DNA from: Bacteroidia bacterium
GTDB taxonomy: Bacteria > Bacteroidota > Bacteroidia > JANWJV01
NCBI GenBank assembly: GCA_025451785.1
Contig: JANWJV010000001.1
Span: forward strand, 1,136-65,135
DNA length: 64,000 nucleotides
Direction of reading: 5' to 3'
Under the pieces are notes generated by a model. That model was given only the letters and a program-made list of their open reading frames with translations, was not told the origin of the DNA and did not search any database. Positions 29,601 through 38,255 of the stretch are shown here, one piece after another. Within the stretch, counting starts at the first letter, position 1. Every line of letters starts with the position of its first letter. The position numbers were made by a program, and so were the translations under genes.

Positions 29601-30576
29601 TGTTAGCTGCGCGGGACAAGCCGCAACGGCTTCGGCAACAGGTGCCGGCGGTACAGGCGCCTATAATTATCTCTGGAACAATGGCCAGGCCAGTCAAACA
29701 GCTACCGGCCTCACGAATGGAACATACACGGTGGTGATCACCGACGCGAACAATTGCACCGCAACAGCAACCGCTGTTGTGAATGCCAACGCGAGCCCTT
29801 CGGCTGTGTTCACTGGCGTGGATACAGTGGGATGCGTTCCGCTTTGTGTGACCTTCAACAATGCCTCAGCCAACATTGCCACCTGGTCGTGGACCTTTGG
29901 CGACGGAAGTACCGGTACAGGCGCTTCACCGAAACATTGTTATACTTCACCCGGAACCTATAGCGTTTCGCTTACGGTTATTGACAATAACGGTTGTACG
30001 GGGACCTATACCAAACCTAATTGGATACAAGTGTATCCCACAGTAACGGCAGCCTTCAGCGCTTCGCCGCAACCTACCACGGTGCTTAACCCTGTTATAC
30101 AATTCACCGACCAGAGCCAGAACGCCACCTCCTGGAAATGGAGCTTTGGCGACCTTCTTAACTCCACTTCTATCTTGCAGAATCCCAGTTTCAATTACAA
30201 AGACAGTGGTTGTTATAACGTGGTGCTCATTGCCGATAACCAATACAACTGTCCGGATACGGCCCAGGAACAAGTGTGCATACAAGGCGACTACGAACTA
30301 TACGCGCCCAATGCTTTTACTCCTGACGGCAGTGGTCTTAATGATCTGTGGAACGTAAAAGGCATTGGCATTGACCCCGCTCATTTCAAGCTATGGATAT
30401 TCGACCGCTGGGGCAATCTTATTTATGAGACCTCCGATCTTTACAAAGGCTGGGATGGCCGTGCCAACGGCGGCAAGGACATCGCGCAGCAAGACGTTTA
30501 CGTTTGGAAGGTGGCGACGCAGGATTTCATAGGCAATAAGCATAATTACATTGGACATATCAATCTCGTTCGGTAA
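26614..30576 (+). CDS. T9SS type-B sorted adhesin-like protein 2: signal peptide, FIENKGQ-motif N-terminal domain with an acidic Glu/Lys stretch and SBBP-like (GNVYxxG) beta-propeller repeats, about 10 SprB repeats, 2 PKD, CHU_C CTD
   Basis: The N-terminus (…HAFIENKGQFDGKDKRRNSEIMYGV…) is homologous to the N-terminus of adhesin 4. GNVYACGSYNP / LYACGVGF are SBBP-like. The SprB, PKD and CTD region is paralogous to the other three genes. Confidence 0.85.
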   Translation: MKNALSILIALFLLLKADAQSAPGGWTTDPFRQHAFIENKGQFDGKDKRRNSEIMYGVSNDGVDIYFTKEGITWRHDRSEREEKKMLPIIGGKIEEEEEKIELIAHMAHMNWEGADANVKIIASDPITSYYTYPDLSDRSGNKTLKAFAYKKIRYQNLYPGIDVEFVVHEKSGVKYSLHLQPGANASLVKMIYKGIEGISKDAEGNIRVSTRFGELVDHAPSSFYQGGKGIISSFELKGSSVSFKMGTYDHSKSVVIDPWLANPNYTGFNSAYDVNFDVAGNVYACGSYNPFKLVKVNNAGAVQWTFNAAQINATYYGDFATDEGTGTCYIVEGLNNGQGSNILKVNNQGIQTAKFNGNTQITEMWRCEYNRCIKKIVIAGGGVSFTFQAAMMDTSMSTLTPVNVLSTNKTFRDMALLGIDNNSNFCYMSTTKSVSAPTIADDNILIKCPIPALIPLGFAIRTFHRIGEMGSVCYVNNMVPNGNAPAVGFNGLTVSPTGVYTYDSDSVKRWNKNTGALLAAIDASATAPIYAGYTGSEIQVKWGGIWADECDNLYVGVDKAIKCYNSNLTLTNTIALSNTVFDVKLGVNNKLYACGVGFVQEIAVTPLNKTITMSATPSTGCSGCSGTATANITCGNGNLSGYGYSWSPGGQSTQTATALCAGIYTVTVTSYCVNSMSATVQVTGGSGSGLVVAGSTIGGGCGSLGSASATSSSGTGPYTYSWNPTGQNTQTATGLTNGTYTVTITDANGCSGTTSINVTNNGSLTANTTFSNVLCNGGVNGTASVTASGGSGTMTYSWSNGQTNQTATGLGSGTYTVTVTDNSGCSTSKTISVTQPAALALNQGQVNAGCNTTGSASVTASGGTGAFTYSWNNGQTSQTATGLAAGSYTVTVTDNNGCSTTAAYTITGGVGPTISGVNPTNVLCNGGTNGSATATGTGGTGTLTYSWSNGQATSNATGLTAGTYTVTVTDNNGCSTTTTVIVTEPPVLTVNANGTVSCAGQAATASATGAGGTGAYNYLWNNGQASQTATGLTNGTYTVVITDANNCTATATAVVNANASPSAVFTGVDTVGCVPLCVTFNNASANIATWSWTFGDGSTGTGASPKHCYTSPGTYSVSLTVIDNNGCTGTYTKPNWIQVYPTVTAAFSASPQPTTVLNPVIQFTDQSQNATSWKWSFGDLLNSTSILQNPSFNYKDSGCYNVVLIADNQYNCPDTAQEQVCIQGDYELYAPNAFTPDGSGLNDLWNVKGIGIDPAHFKLWIFDRWGNLIYETSDLYKGWDGRANGGKDIAQQDVYVWKVATQDFIGNKHNYIGHINLVR

Positions 30577-33500
30577 ATGAAAAAACTTTCTCTCCTACTC
30601 ATCGCCCTGTTCAGCTTCAGCGCTTCCCGTGCGCAGATGGAGGCGAACATATGGTACTTCGGCGCCAACGCCGGTGTAACCTTCGCGAGCGGCGCGCCTG
30701 TTGCCCTTACCAACGGCAATATGAACTCCTTTGAGGGGAGCGCCACTATTTGCGACGCGGCAGGCAACCTGCTGTTCTATACCGACGGCATGACGGTTTG
30801 GAACAAGACCATGGCGGTGATGACCAACGGGACAGGTCTAATGGGCAACTCCTCCTCCACTCAATCGGGCGTGATCATTAAGAAACCCGGAAGCAACACC
30901 ATCTATTACCTCTTTACTACCGATGCGCAAGCAGGGGCCAACGGCCTTCGCTGGTCGGAGATCGACCTGGCACAGTCGGGCGGCAACGGTGCTGTTACCG
31001 CTAACAAGAACATTCTCCTATGGGCCTCCACTACCGAGAGGATCGCCGGTGTAAGGCATTGTAATAATATTGATGTATGGGTGGTGACCCATGACTGGAA
31101 CTCAAACAACTTCCGCACCTATCCTGTCACGTCGGCAGGCATTGGCGCTGCAATAAATACGGCCATCGGCTCAGTGCACAATGGAACCACCGGCAATACC
31201 ATTGGTTATCTTAAAGCGTCGCCCGACGGAAAAAAACTTGCCTGCGCTATACGTTACTTAAGCGCTTTTGAGCTTTTCGACTTTAACAATTCCACGGGTG
31301 TGATCAGTAATTTTGTTTCGCTGGGCACCACATTCCCCTACACCTATGGTGTGGAGTTCTCTCCTGACGGAACAAGGCTTTACGGCAATTCTTCGCAGCC
31401 GGGAAGGATATGGCAATGGAACCTTTGCGCGGGAAGCAACGCGGCCATTGTGGCTTCAGCAACGCAGATCGGATCTTCTGCCCAAGGCTGGTTGGGTGCG
31501 CTTCAGATGGGAAGGGATAAAAAGATCTACATGTGTCGTTATACCGATCCCTGGCTGGCGGTGATCCCCAATCCTAATACACTCGGTACGGGCTGCGGTT
31601 ATACTGATAATGGCGTGAGCCTGCTGGGAAGAGCTTCCAACTTTGGTTTGCCTAACTACGTGGCCAACTATTTCAAAACGGTGCCGCCCTTCACTACGGT
31701 GATCAACTGCCTTAACGTGACCTTTACTCCGCCTACCGTAAATAACACCAATTGCTCCGGATCTACTAACGCGGTGGTATCGCAGTCGTGGAACTTTGGC
31801 GATCCTAACTCAGGTGGAAGTAATACTTCTACCAGCAGCACTTCTTCCCACACCTTTACAAGCTCCGGTACTTTTAACGTGGTATTGGTGCTTAACTACG
31901 CTTGCGGTTTCGATTCCATCAAACAAACCGTTACGGTTACCAGCTGCGGTATTACGGTAACCGCTCCCGGCGGAACTGTTTGTCCGGGCGGCTGTAAAAA
32001 CATCACGGCTACCGTAAGCGCGGGCACTTCGCCTTATACTTATTCCTGGAGCACCGGTGCTACTACGCAAAGTATTAATCCTTGTCCTACGATCACTACT
32101 TCCTATACCGTTCTGGCAACCGACGCTAACGGAGCCACTGCTTCAACGGTGGCAACGATAACGGTGAGCAGTGCTATTGTTATAAATACCACGGTGCAGA
32201 ATGTGAAATGCAATGGAGGGACCACAGGTTCGGCAACCTCTACAGTAAGCGGCGGCACTTCGCCCTATACGTATTCGTGGAGCAATGCTCAAACAGGTTC
32301 AAGTACTTCGGGCCTTGGCCAGGGCAATTACACCTTAACGGTTACTGACGCTAACGGTTGTACCGGTACGGCTACCGTTGTTATTACGCAGCCCAGCCAG
32401 TTGGCAGTAGCAGTTGCAGGAGGCAGTATCAGTTGTAATGGTGGTAATAATGGCTCGTTGAGCGCAACCGCCTCCGGAGGAACTTCTAACTATACCTATA
32501 GCTGGAGCAACGCCCAGACAGGAGCTACAGCAACGGGATTAATAGCGGGCACCTACACAGTAACAGTAACGGACGCGAATGGATGTACTGCTACTGCTAC
32601 TGCCACCGCTACCCAGCCAACTGCCATTGCTATTCAAACGTCAACCACCAACGCTACCTGCGCGCAAGCAGGAACTATAAGTACGACCGTAACAGGCGGC
32701 ACCGGCTCCTACACTTATACCTGGAGCAACGGTCAAACAGGAGCTACGGCTACCGGTCTGAGCGCCGGAACGTATATTGTAGGTGTGGCTGACGCGAATG
32801 GCTGCACGAAGACAGCTACCGCCACCATTACAGGCATTGCCGGCCCTACAGCGGCAGGCATGAGCACGGTGAACAATGTGCTTTGTAACGGCGGCACTAC
32901 TGGTTCGGCAACAGCAACCGCAACCGGCGGTACAGGTTCTTACACTTACAGCTGGAGCAATACGCTTACCAACGCAACTGCCACCGGTCTTGCCGCGGGT
33001 ACATATACCGTAACCATTACCGACGCGAACAACTGCAGCATAACCGCCGCCGTAACTATCACCGAGCCCACGGCCCTGGTAGTAACGGCGAATGGAAGCA
33101 GTGCTTGCCTTAATGCTACCGCTACCGGAAGCGCCAGCGGCGGAACAGGCACTTACAATTACCTGTGGAGCAATGGCCAGAACACCCAGAACGCTACCGG
33201 CCTTAACGCAGGCGTGTATACGCTTACCGTTACTGATGCTAACGGATGTACCTCGCAGGATACAGCCCTTGTTTCGATCAGCCCTCCCCCATTGGTAGCC
33301 TTTGCGGCCGATGATTCAGCGGGCTGTGTGGCTTTGTGTGTGAACTTTACCTGCAACAGCTCCAACATTACCAGCTATACCTGGAATTTTGGTGATGGCA
33401 GCAATGGTAATGGTTCTACAGTGAACCACTGCTATAAAAACACCGGTTCATTTACTGTTACGCTTACGGTTACCGATAATAACGGCTGTACCGGTTCGCT

Positions 33501-34068
33501 GACCAAGAACAGCTATATAAGTGTTTATCCAAATGTGGTGGCGTCTTTCACATCCGCCCCCCAGCCCACGACGATCCTGAATCCAACGATCACCTTTACG
33601 GACATGAGCCAGGGCGGAGCGAACACATGGAGCTGGACATTCCTCGACGATGGAAGTACCAGCACCCTCCAGAATCCCAGGCATACCTATAAGGACAGCG
33701 GCTGCTACAACGTGCAGCTCATAGCTGATAACCAATACAATTGTCCTGACACCACTTCAGAAGTGATCTGCATCAACGGCGACTTTGAGCTTTTCGCGCC
33801 CAATGCATTCACTCCTGACGGTACCGGTCTTAATGATAACTGGAACGTGAAAGGCATCGGCATTGACCCAAATCATTTTGAACTGTATATCTACGATCGC
33901 TGGGGAAATCTCATCTTCAAGACCACTGATCTTTACGAAGGCTGGAATGGTCATGCCAACGGTGGCAAGGACATTGCTCAGCAGGACGTTTACGTTTGGA
34001 AGGCCTTTGTGAGGGATTACCAGGGAGGTAAACACAATTACATTGGACACGTTACGCTTGTCAGATAA
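30577..34068 (+). CDS. T9SS type-B sorted adhesin-like protein 3: signal peptide, distinct N-terminal beta-rich head (IWYFGANAGVTF…), PKD-like domain, about 9 SprB repeats, 2 PKD, CHU_C CTD
   Basis: The ATG follows the preceding stop with no gap. The head domain is unlike those of genes 1, 2 and 4. The C-terminal cassette is conserved (…FELFAPNAFTPDGTGLNDNWNVKGIGIDPNHFELYIYDRWGNLIFKTTDLYEGWNG…HVTLVR). Confidence 0.85.
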   Translation: MKKLSLLLIALFSFSASRAQMEANIWYFGANAGVTFASGAPVALTNGNMNSFEGSATICDAAGNLLFYTDGMTVWNKTMAVMTNGTGLMGNSSSTQSGVIIKKPGSNTIYYLFTTDAQAGANGLRWSEIDLAQSGGNGAVTANKNILLWASTTERIAGVRHCNNIDVWVVTHDWNSNNFRTYPVTSAGIGAAINTAIGSVHNGTTGNTIGYLKASPDGKKLACAIRYLSAFELFDFNNSTGVISNFVSLGTTFPYTYGVEFSPDGTRLYGNSSQPGRIWQWNLCAGSNAAIVASATQIGSSAQGWLGALQMGRDKKIYMCRYTDPWLAVIPNPNTLGTGCGYTDNGVSLLGRASNFGLPNYVANYFKTVPPFTTVINCLNVTFTPPTVNNTNCSGSTNAVVSQSWNFGDPNSGGSNTSTSSTSSHTFTSSGTFNVVLVLNYACGFDSIKQTVTVTSCGITVTAPGGTVCPGGCKNITATVSAGTSPYTYSWSTGATTQSINPCPTITTSYTVLATDANGATASTVATITVSSAIVINTTVQNVKCNGGTTGSATSTVSGGTSPYTYSWSNAQTGSSTSGLGQGNYTLTVTDANGCTGTATVVITQPSQLAVAVAGGSISCNGGNNGSLSATASGGTSNYTYSWSNAQTGATATGLIAGTYTVTVTDANGCTATATATATQPTAIAIQTSTTNATCAQAGTISTTVTGGTGSYTYTWSNGQTGATATGLSAGTYIVGVADANGCTKTATATITGIAGPTAAGMSTVNNVLCNGGTTGSATATATGGTGSYTYSWSNTLTNATATGLAAGTYTVTITDANNCSITAAVTITEPTALVVTANGSSACLNATATGSASGGTGTYNYLWSNGQNTQNATGLNAGVYTLTVTDANGCTSQDTALVSISPPPLVAFAADDSAGCVALCVNFTCNSSNITSYTWNFGDGSNGNGSTVNHCYKNTGSFTVTLTVTDNNGCTGSLTKNSYISVYPNVVASFTSAPQPTTILNPTITFTDMSQGGANTWSWTFLDDGSTSTLQNPRHTYKDSGCYNVQLIADNQYNCPDTTSEVICINGDFELFAPNAFTPDGTGLNDNWNVKGIGIDPNHFELYIYDRWGNLIFKTTDLYEGWNGHANGGKDIAQQDVYVWKAFVRDYQGGKHNYIGHVTLVR

Positions 34069-34076
34069 AAAGACCT

Positions 34077-37000
34077 ATGAAAAATAACCCCTTCGTTCGT
34101 TTCGCCTTTATTGCCAGCATAGCGCTTGCCTTTTCAGGCGAAGCGCTTGCGCAGCAAACTACTTCCAAAGGCTGGAGCCTGAATCCTTATGAGCAGAAAG
34201 TGTTCATTGAGAACCAGGGCCAGTTCAATGGCAAGGACAAGCTAAGGAACTCTCAGATACTTTTTGGTGTGGACAATCTGGGTGTACAAATGTATTTTAC
34301 CGCCAAGGGTCTCACCTATCGTTACGATGAAACGGAGGTGATCCCCGGCGACAGGAAGGAGGAAGTGAACAAGGCAGGCGGTGAAAAGGATGAAGAAGAA
34401 AGAGAAAAAGAGGAAAAGAAGCGCAAGATCATCACACAGACACATACTGCTCACCTCGAATGGTTAGGCGCCAACCCTAACGCGCAGCTGCTGGCCGAAG
34501 AGATGGCCACTGAATATTCGAGCTATGCCAACGAGGAAGATCCCCAGCATCAGTTGGTGACCCATGCCCGTTCTTACCGTAAACTGCTTTACAAGAACCT
34601 CTACCCTAACATCGATGTAGAATACATCTTCCACAAGACCTCGGGAATGAAATACACGATTATCCTTCATCCTGGCGCAGACCTTACGCAGGTGAAGATG
34701 AAGTGGGATGGTGATAAGTCAGTTTTCAAAGCGCAGGATGGTAATATCCATGTGCCTACCCATTATGGTGATATCGTTGATCACGCACCGCTTAGTTTTT
34801 TTGAAGGTGGGGATGTTGTTCGTTCTTCATTCCAGTTCGAGAAAGGAGTTGTTTCTTTTTCACTTGATCTCACCGCAAGTCAAAAATCAAAGATCAGCAA
34901 TCAAAAATTGATCATCGATCCATGGACGATCAACCCGGGCCTTACGATCCAAAACAAAGCAATGGATATTGAGAAGGATAAAGCCGGTAACGTTTATGTG
35001 TTTGGCGGTAAGACACCTTACAAGCTGAAGAAGTACGATATCAACGGCAACCTGCTTTGGACATTCAATACCCCTTACAACGGCTGGTACGGCGATATGG
35101 CGGTAGATAATCCCGGTAACGCGTTCATCTCCGAAGGTTATAACCAGGCGAACTCTTTTCCCAACCTGATCAAGGTAAACCCCGCGGGTGTTCAGCTGTT
35201 TCTTTACTCCATTAACGGATGCTGCGAGTTTTGGTCATTGGCCTTTAACTGCAGTTATACCCAGCTTACGGTAGCGGGTGGCCTTTGGTCAGGGCGTATC
35301 TCCAATGTGAACACCACCAACGGTACAGTGACCGGCACTACTAATATCAATCCCGGCGAATCGAGGAGTATGACCATGGGGCCCAACGGTCGTTTTTATT
35401 CCATTACCACCACCAATCAATTGGTATGTGTGAACGGTGCCTTTGCCAATGTATTTACGGTGGGCAATGGTTACGCTTTTACGTACAATATGCCTTTGTA
35501 TACCAATGGGTCCACACAGCAAGGCGGCTCCAACTTCATTACGGTGTATAGCAACTTTGTGTATACCACCAATGGCGCGCGTCTCGATAAATGGAATGCC
35601 ACTACAGGCGGCAATCTTGGCGGCGTGGTATTACCCGGAGGAGTATTCGGTATGAACGGCGGTATTTTTTGCGATGCCTGTGGAAATATCTTCGTAGGAA
35701 CTTCCAACTCAGTTCTCAAATACGATCCCAGCCTTACACTGCTTAGCACCACCAATACCGCTAACCCGGTGTATGACGTATCGCAAGGTACCGGCAGCGA
35801 GGTGCTTGCTTGTGGCGACAACTTCGCTTCTTCACTCAATATTTCCAGCACCAATTGCTCCGTGAGCCTTACGTTGAGCAAAGCCTCTACAGGCATTGGC
35901 TGCGGAGGTGGTAATACCGGCACTGCCAGCGTTACTGCTTTAGGCGGCACCGGGCCCTATACTTATTCATGGAACCCGGGAGGTTTTACTACTTCTTCGC
36001 TCACGGGTCTCTCTGCTGGTACTTATACCTGCTTAGTGACCGATGCTTCCTCTTGTTATTCCGATACCATAAGCGTAACAATAACTTCTACCGGCGGCGG
36101 ATTGAACTCCACCATGTCGTCGGTAGGTGCGTTGTGCAACGGCGGCAACAACGGTACTGCCACCATTACAGCTAACGGAGGAACATCGCCTTATACCTAT
36201 TCCTGGACCTCCTTAGGACAAAACACACAAACAGCCACCGGCCTTAGCGCGGGTACTTATACCGTTACGATCACTGATGCCACTGGCTGCAGCGGAACCA
36301 AAACGGTAACCGTAACGCAGCCAACAGCGGTAACGGTTAACCAAAGCCAGGTAAATGCCGGCTGTAATGCCACCGGCAGCGCTTCCGTGACCGGCAGCGG
36401 CGGAACAGGTGCTTTTACCTATAGCTGGAACAACGGACAAACCAATCAAACGGCTACCGCTCTTGCCGCCGGCAGTTATACGGCAACGGTAACTGATAAT
36501 AACGGCTGCTCAAAAACAACCACCTTCACCATTACAGGTGGAACGGGACCAACTATAAGCGGCGTAACCCCAACCAATGTACTTTGCAATGGAGGTACAA
36601 GCGGTATTGCTACTGCCACAGGATCTGGCGGAACAGGGGCCCTCACCTACTCATGGAACAACGGCCAGAACACACAAGGCGCTACGGGCCTTAGTGCAGG
36701 AACTTATACGGTAACGGTATCTGACAACAATGGTTGTACGTCAACCACCACAGTAGTCATTACCGAGCCTCCTGTACTTACAGTGAATGCAAACGGAACG
36801 GCGGCTTGCTCGGGATCCAACGCCCAGGCTTCTTCTACGGCGGCGGGCGGTTTTGGTGCCTTTACCTATTCCTGGAACAACGGGCAGAATACCGCTACAG
36901 CTACAGGCCTTAGCACCGGCAATTATACAGTTACCATCACCGATGCCAATGGATGTACGGCCCAGGCTACAACAGCTGTTAACTCACAGGCCATTCCTTC

Positions 37001-37775
37001 GGCGGTATTTACTGGTGTTGATACCGCGGGCTGCGCCCCGCTTTGCGTCACTTTTAATAATACCACGGCGAATATCACCAATTGGTCATGGAATTTTGGC
37101 GATGGTAACAATGGTACCGGCGCTTCACCCAAGCATTGTTACACTTCACCCGGTACTTACAGCGTAACGCTTACGGTTACTGATAATAACGGCTGTACCA
37201 GCACCTACGCGAAGAACAACTGGATACAGGTATATCCGCAGGTGACGGCTGGCTTTAGCGCTTCGCCGCAGCCCACTACCATTCTTAATCCTACCATCCA
37301 GTTCACCGACCAAAGTTTGAACGCCTCTTCCTGGAGCTGGAGCTTTGGCGATATACTTAACTCTACTTCAAACCTGCAAAATCCTACGTTCAATTACAAA
37401 GACAGCGGCTGTTACAATGTGCAGCTCATTGCCGATAACCAATACAATTGCGCCGACACCGCCAATGAACTGGTGTGCATACAGGGCGACTACGAGCTGT
37501 TCGCTCCCAACGCTTTTACTCCTGACGGCAGCGGTCTCAACGATGTGTGGAATGTAAAGGGCATCGGTATTGATCCCAATAACTTTAAGATGTGGATATT
37601 CGACCGCTGGGGTAATTTGATCTTCGAAACTTCAGACCTGTACCAGGGTTGGAACGGAAAGGCCAACGGAGGCAAAGAGATCGCGCAGCAGGATGTGTAT
37701 GTTTGGAAAGTGGCAACGAAAGACTTCTTAGGCAATAAGCATAATTATATCGGGCACGTTTCATTGGTAAGATAA
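34077..37775 (+). CDS. T9SS type-B sorted adhesin-like protein 4: signal peptide, FIENQGQ-motif / SBBP-like N-terminal domain (paralog of gene 2 head), about 8 SprB repeats, 2 PKD, CHU_C CTD
   Basis: …KVFIENQGQFNGKDKLRNSQILFGV…, an acidic KEEVNKAGGEKDEEEREKEEKK stretch, and GNVYVFGGKTP SBBP-like motifs. The C-terminal cassette is conserved. Confidence 0.85.
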   Translation: MKNNPFVRFAFIASIALAFSGEALAQQTTSKGWSLNPYEQKVFIENQGQFNGKDKLRNSQILFGVDNLGVQMYFTAKGLTYRYDETEVIPGDRKEEVNKAGGEKDEEEREKEEKKRKIITQTHTAHLEWLGANPNAQLLAEEMATEYSSYANEEDPQHQLVTHARSYRKLLYKNLYPNIDVEYIFHKTSGMKYTIILHPGADLTQVKMKWDGDKSVFKAQDGNIHVPTHYGDIVDHAPLSFFEGGDVVRSSFQFEKGVVSFSLDLTASQKSKISNQKLIIDPWTINPGLTIQNKAMDIEKDKAGNVYVFGGKTPYKLKKYDINGNLLWTFNTPYNGWYGDMAVDNPGNAFISEGYNQANSFPNLIKVNPAGVQLFLYSINGCCEFWSLAFNCSYTQLTVAGGLWSGRISNVNTTNGTVTGTTNINPGESRSMTMGPNGRFYSITTTNQLVCVNGAFANVFTVGNGYAFTYNMPLYTNGSTQQGGSNFITVYSNFVYTTNGARLDKWNATTGGNLGGVVLPGGVFGMNGGIFCDACGNIFVGTSNSVLKYDPSLTLLSTTNTANPVYDVSQGTGSEVLACGDNFASSLNISSTNCSVSLTLSKASTGIGCGGGNTGTASVTALGGTGPYTYSWNPGGFTTSSLTGLSAGTYTCLVTDASSCYSDTISVTITSTGGGLNSTMSSVGALCNGGNNGTATITANGGTSPYTYSWTSLGQNTQTATGLSAGTYTVTITDATGCSGTKTVTVTQPTAVTVNQSQVNAGCNATGSASVTGSGGTGAFTYSWNNGQTNQTATALAAGSYTATVTDNNGCSKTTTFTITGGTGPTISGVTPTNVLCNGGTSGIATATGSGGTGALTYSWNNGQNTQGATGLSAGTYTVTVSDNNGCTSTTTVVITEPPVLTVNANGTAACSGSNAQASSTAAGGFGAFTYSWNNGQNTATATGLSTGNYTVTITDANGCTAQATTAVNSQAIPSAVFTGVDTAGCAPLCVTFNNTTANITNWSWNFGDGNNGTGASPKHCYTSPGTYSVTLTVTDNNGCTSTYAKNNWIQVYPQVTAGFSASPQPTTILNPTIQFTDQSLNASSWSWSFGDILNSTSNLQNPTFNYKDSGCYNVQLIADNQYNCADTANELVCIQGDYELFAPNAFTPDGSGLNDVWNVKGIGIDPNNFKMWIFDRWGNLIFETSDLYQGWNGKANGGKEIAQQDVYVWKVATKDFLGNKHNYIGHVSLVR

Positions 37776-38254
37776 TGGCGGATAAGTTTTTTGATTCGAA
37801 AGAGTATACCACTCTTTATCTCGGCGCATCGGGCGCTGAGAATGGCGCGAAAGGCATAGAGGCTCTGGTTGACCTGCTAAGCAACCCGGAAAACCGCGAG
37901 GTAAGGGAAGATGTGCTGAAGCTCCTGAGGATGGAGAAAAAAGCACAAGCTTTATTGTTGGAGGCTATCAATGATAAACAGTACAAGGAGCAGTATCAGT
38001 TCCTGGTAGCTGCCTGCTGGGAAGCCGGTATCGATTGCGATAATAACATCGTTCTGTTTACCGATATCGCCATCAGCGGCGATCTTGCCACAGCCATAGA
38101 GGCCATTACCGTTATTGAGGAAATGCCAGGCCCTTTTAAAGAAAAGGATATTGAGGAATGTATAGCTAAGCTGGGAAAGGCTGTGAAAAGCCCGGCCCCC
38201 GGTAAGGAAGAACTGCTGAAAGACCTTTCACTGTTTATGGAGAACCTCCGCTGA
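37775..38254 (+). CDS. Hypothetical soluble alpha-helical protein, translationally coupled (TAATG) to the last adhesin gene
   Basis: 159 aa, no signal peptide. Helical, HEAT/armadillo-like composition. The ATG shares 1 nt with the upstream TAA stop. It ends 1 nt before the convergent deaD stop. Confidence 0.5.
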   Translation: MADKFFDSKEYTTLYLGASGAENGAKGIEALVDLLSNPENREVREDVLKLLRMEKKAQALLLEAINDKQYKEQYQFLVAACWEAGIDCDNNIVLFTDIAISGDLATAIEAITVIEEMPGPFKEKDIEECIAKLGKAVKSPAPGKEELLKDLSLFMENLR

Positions 38255-38255
38255 A

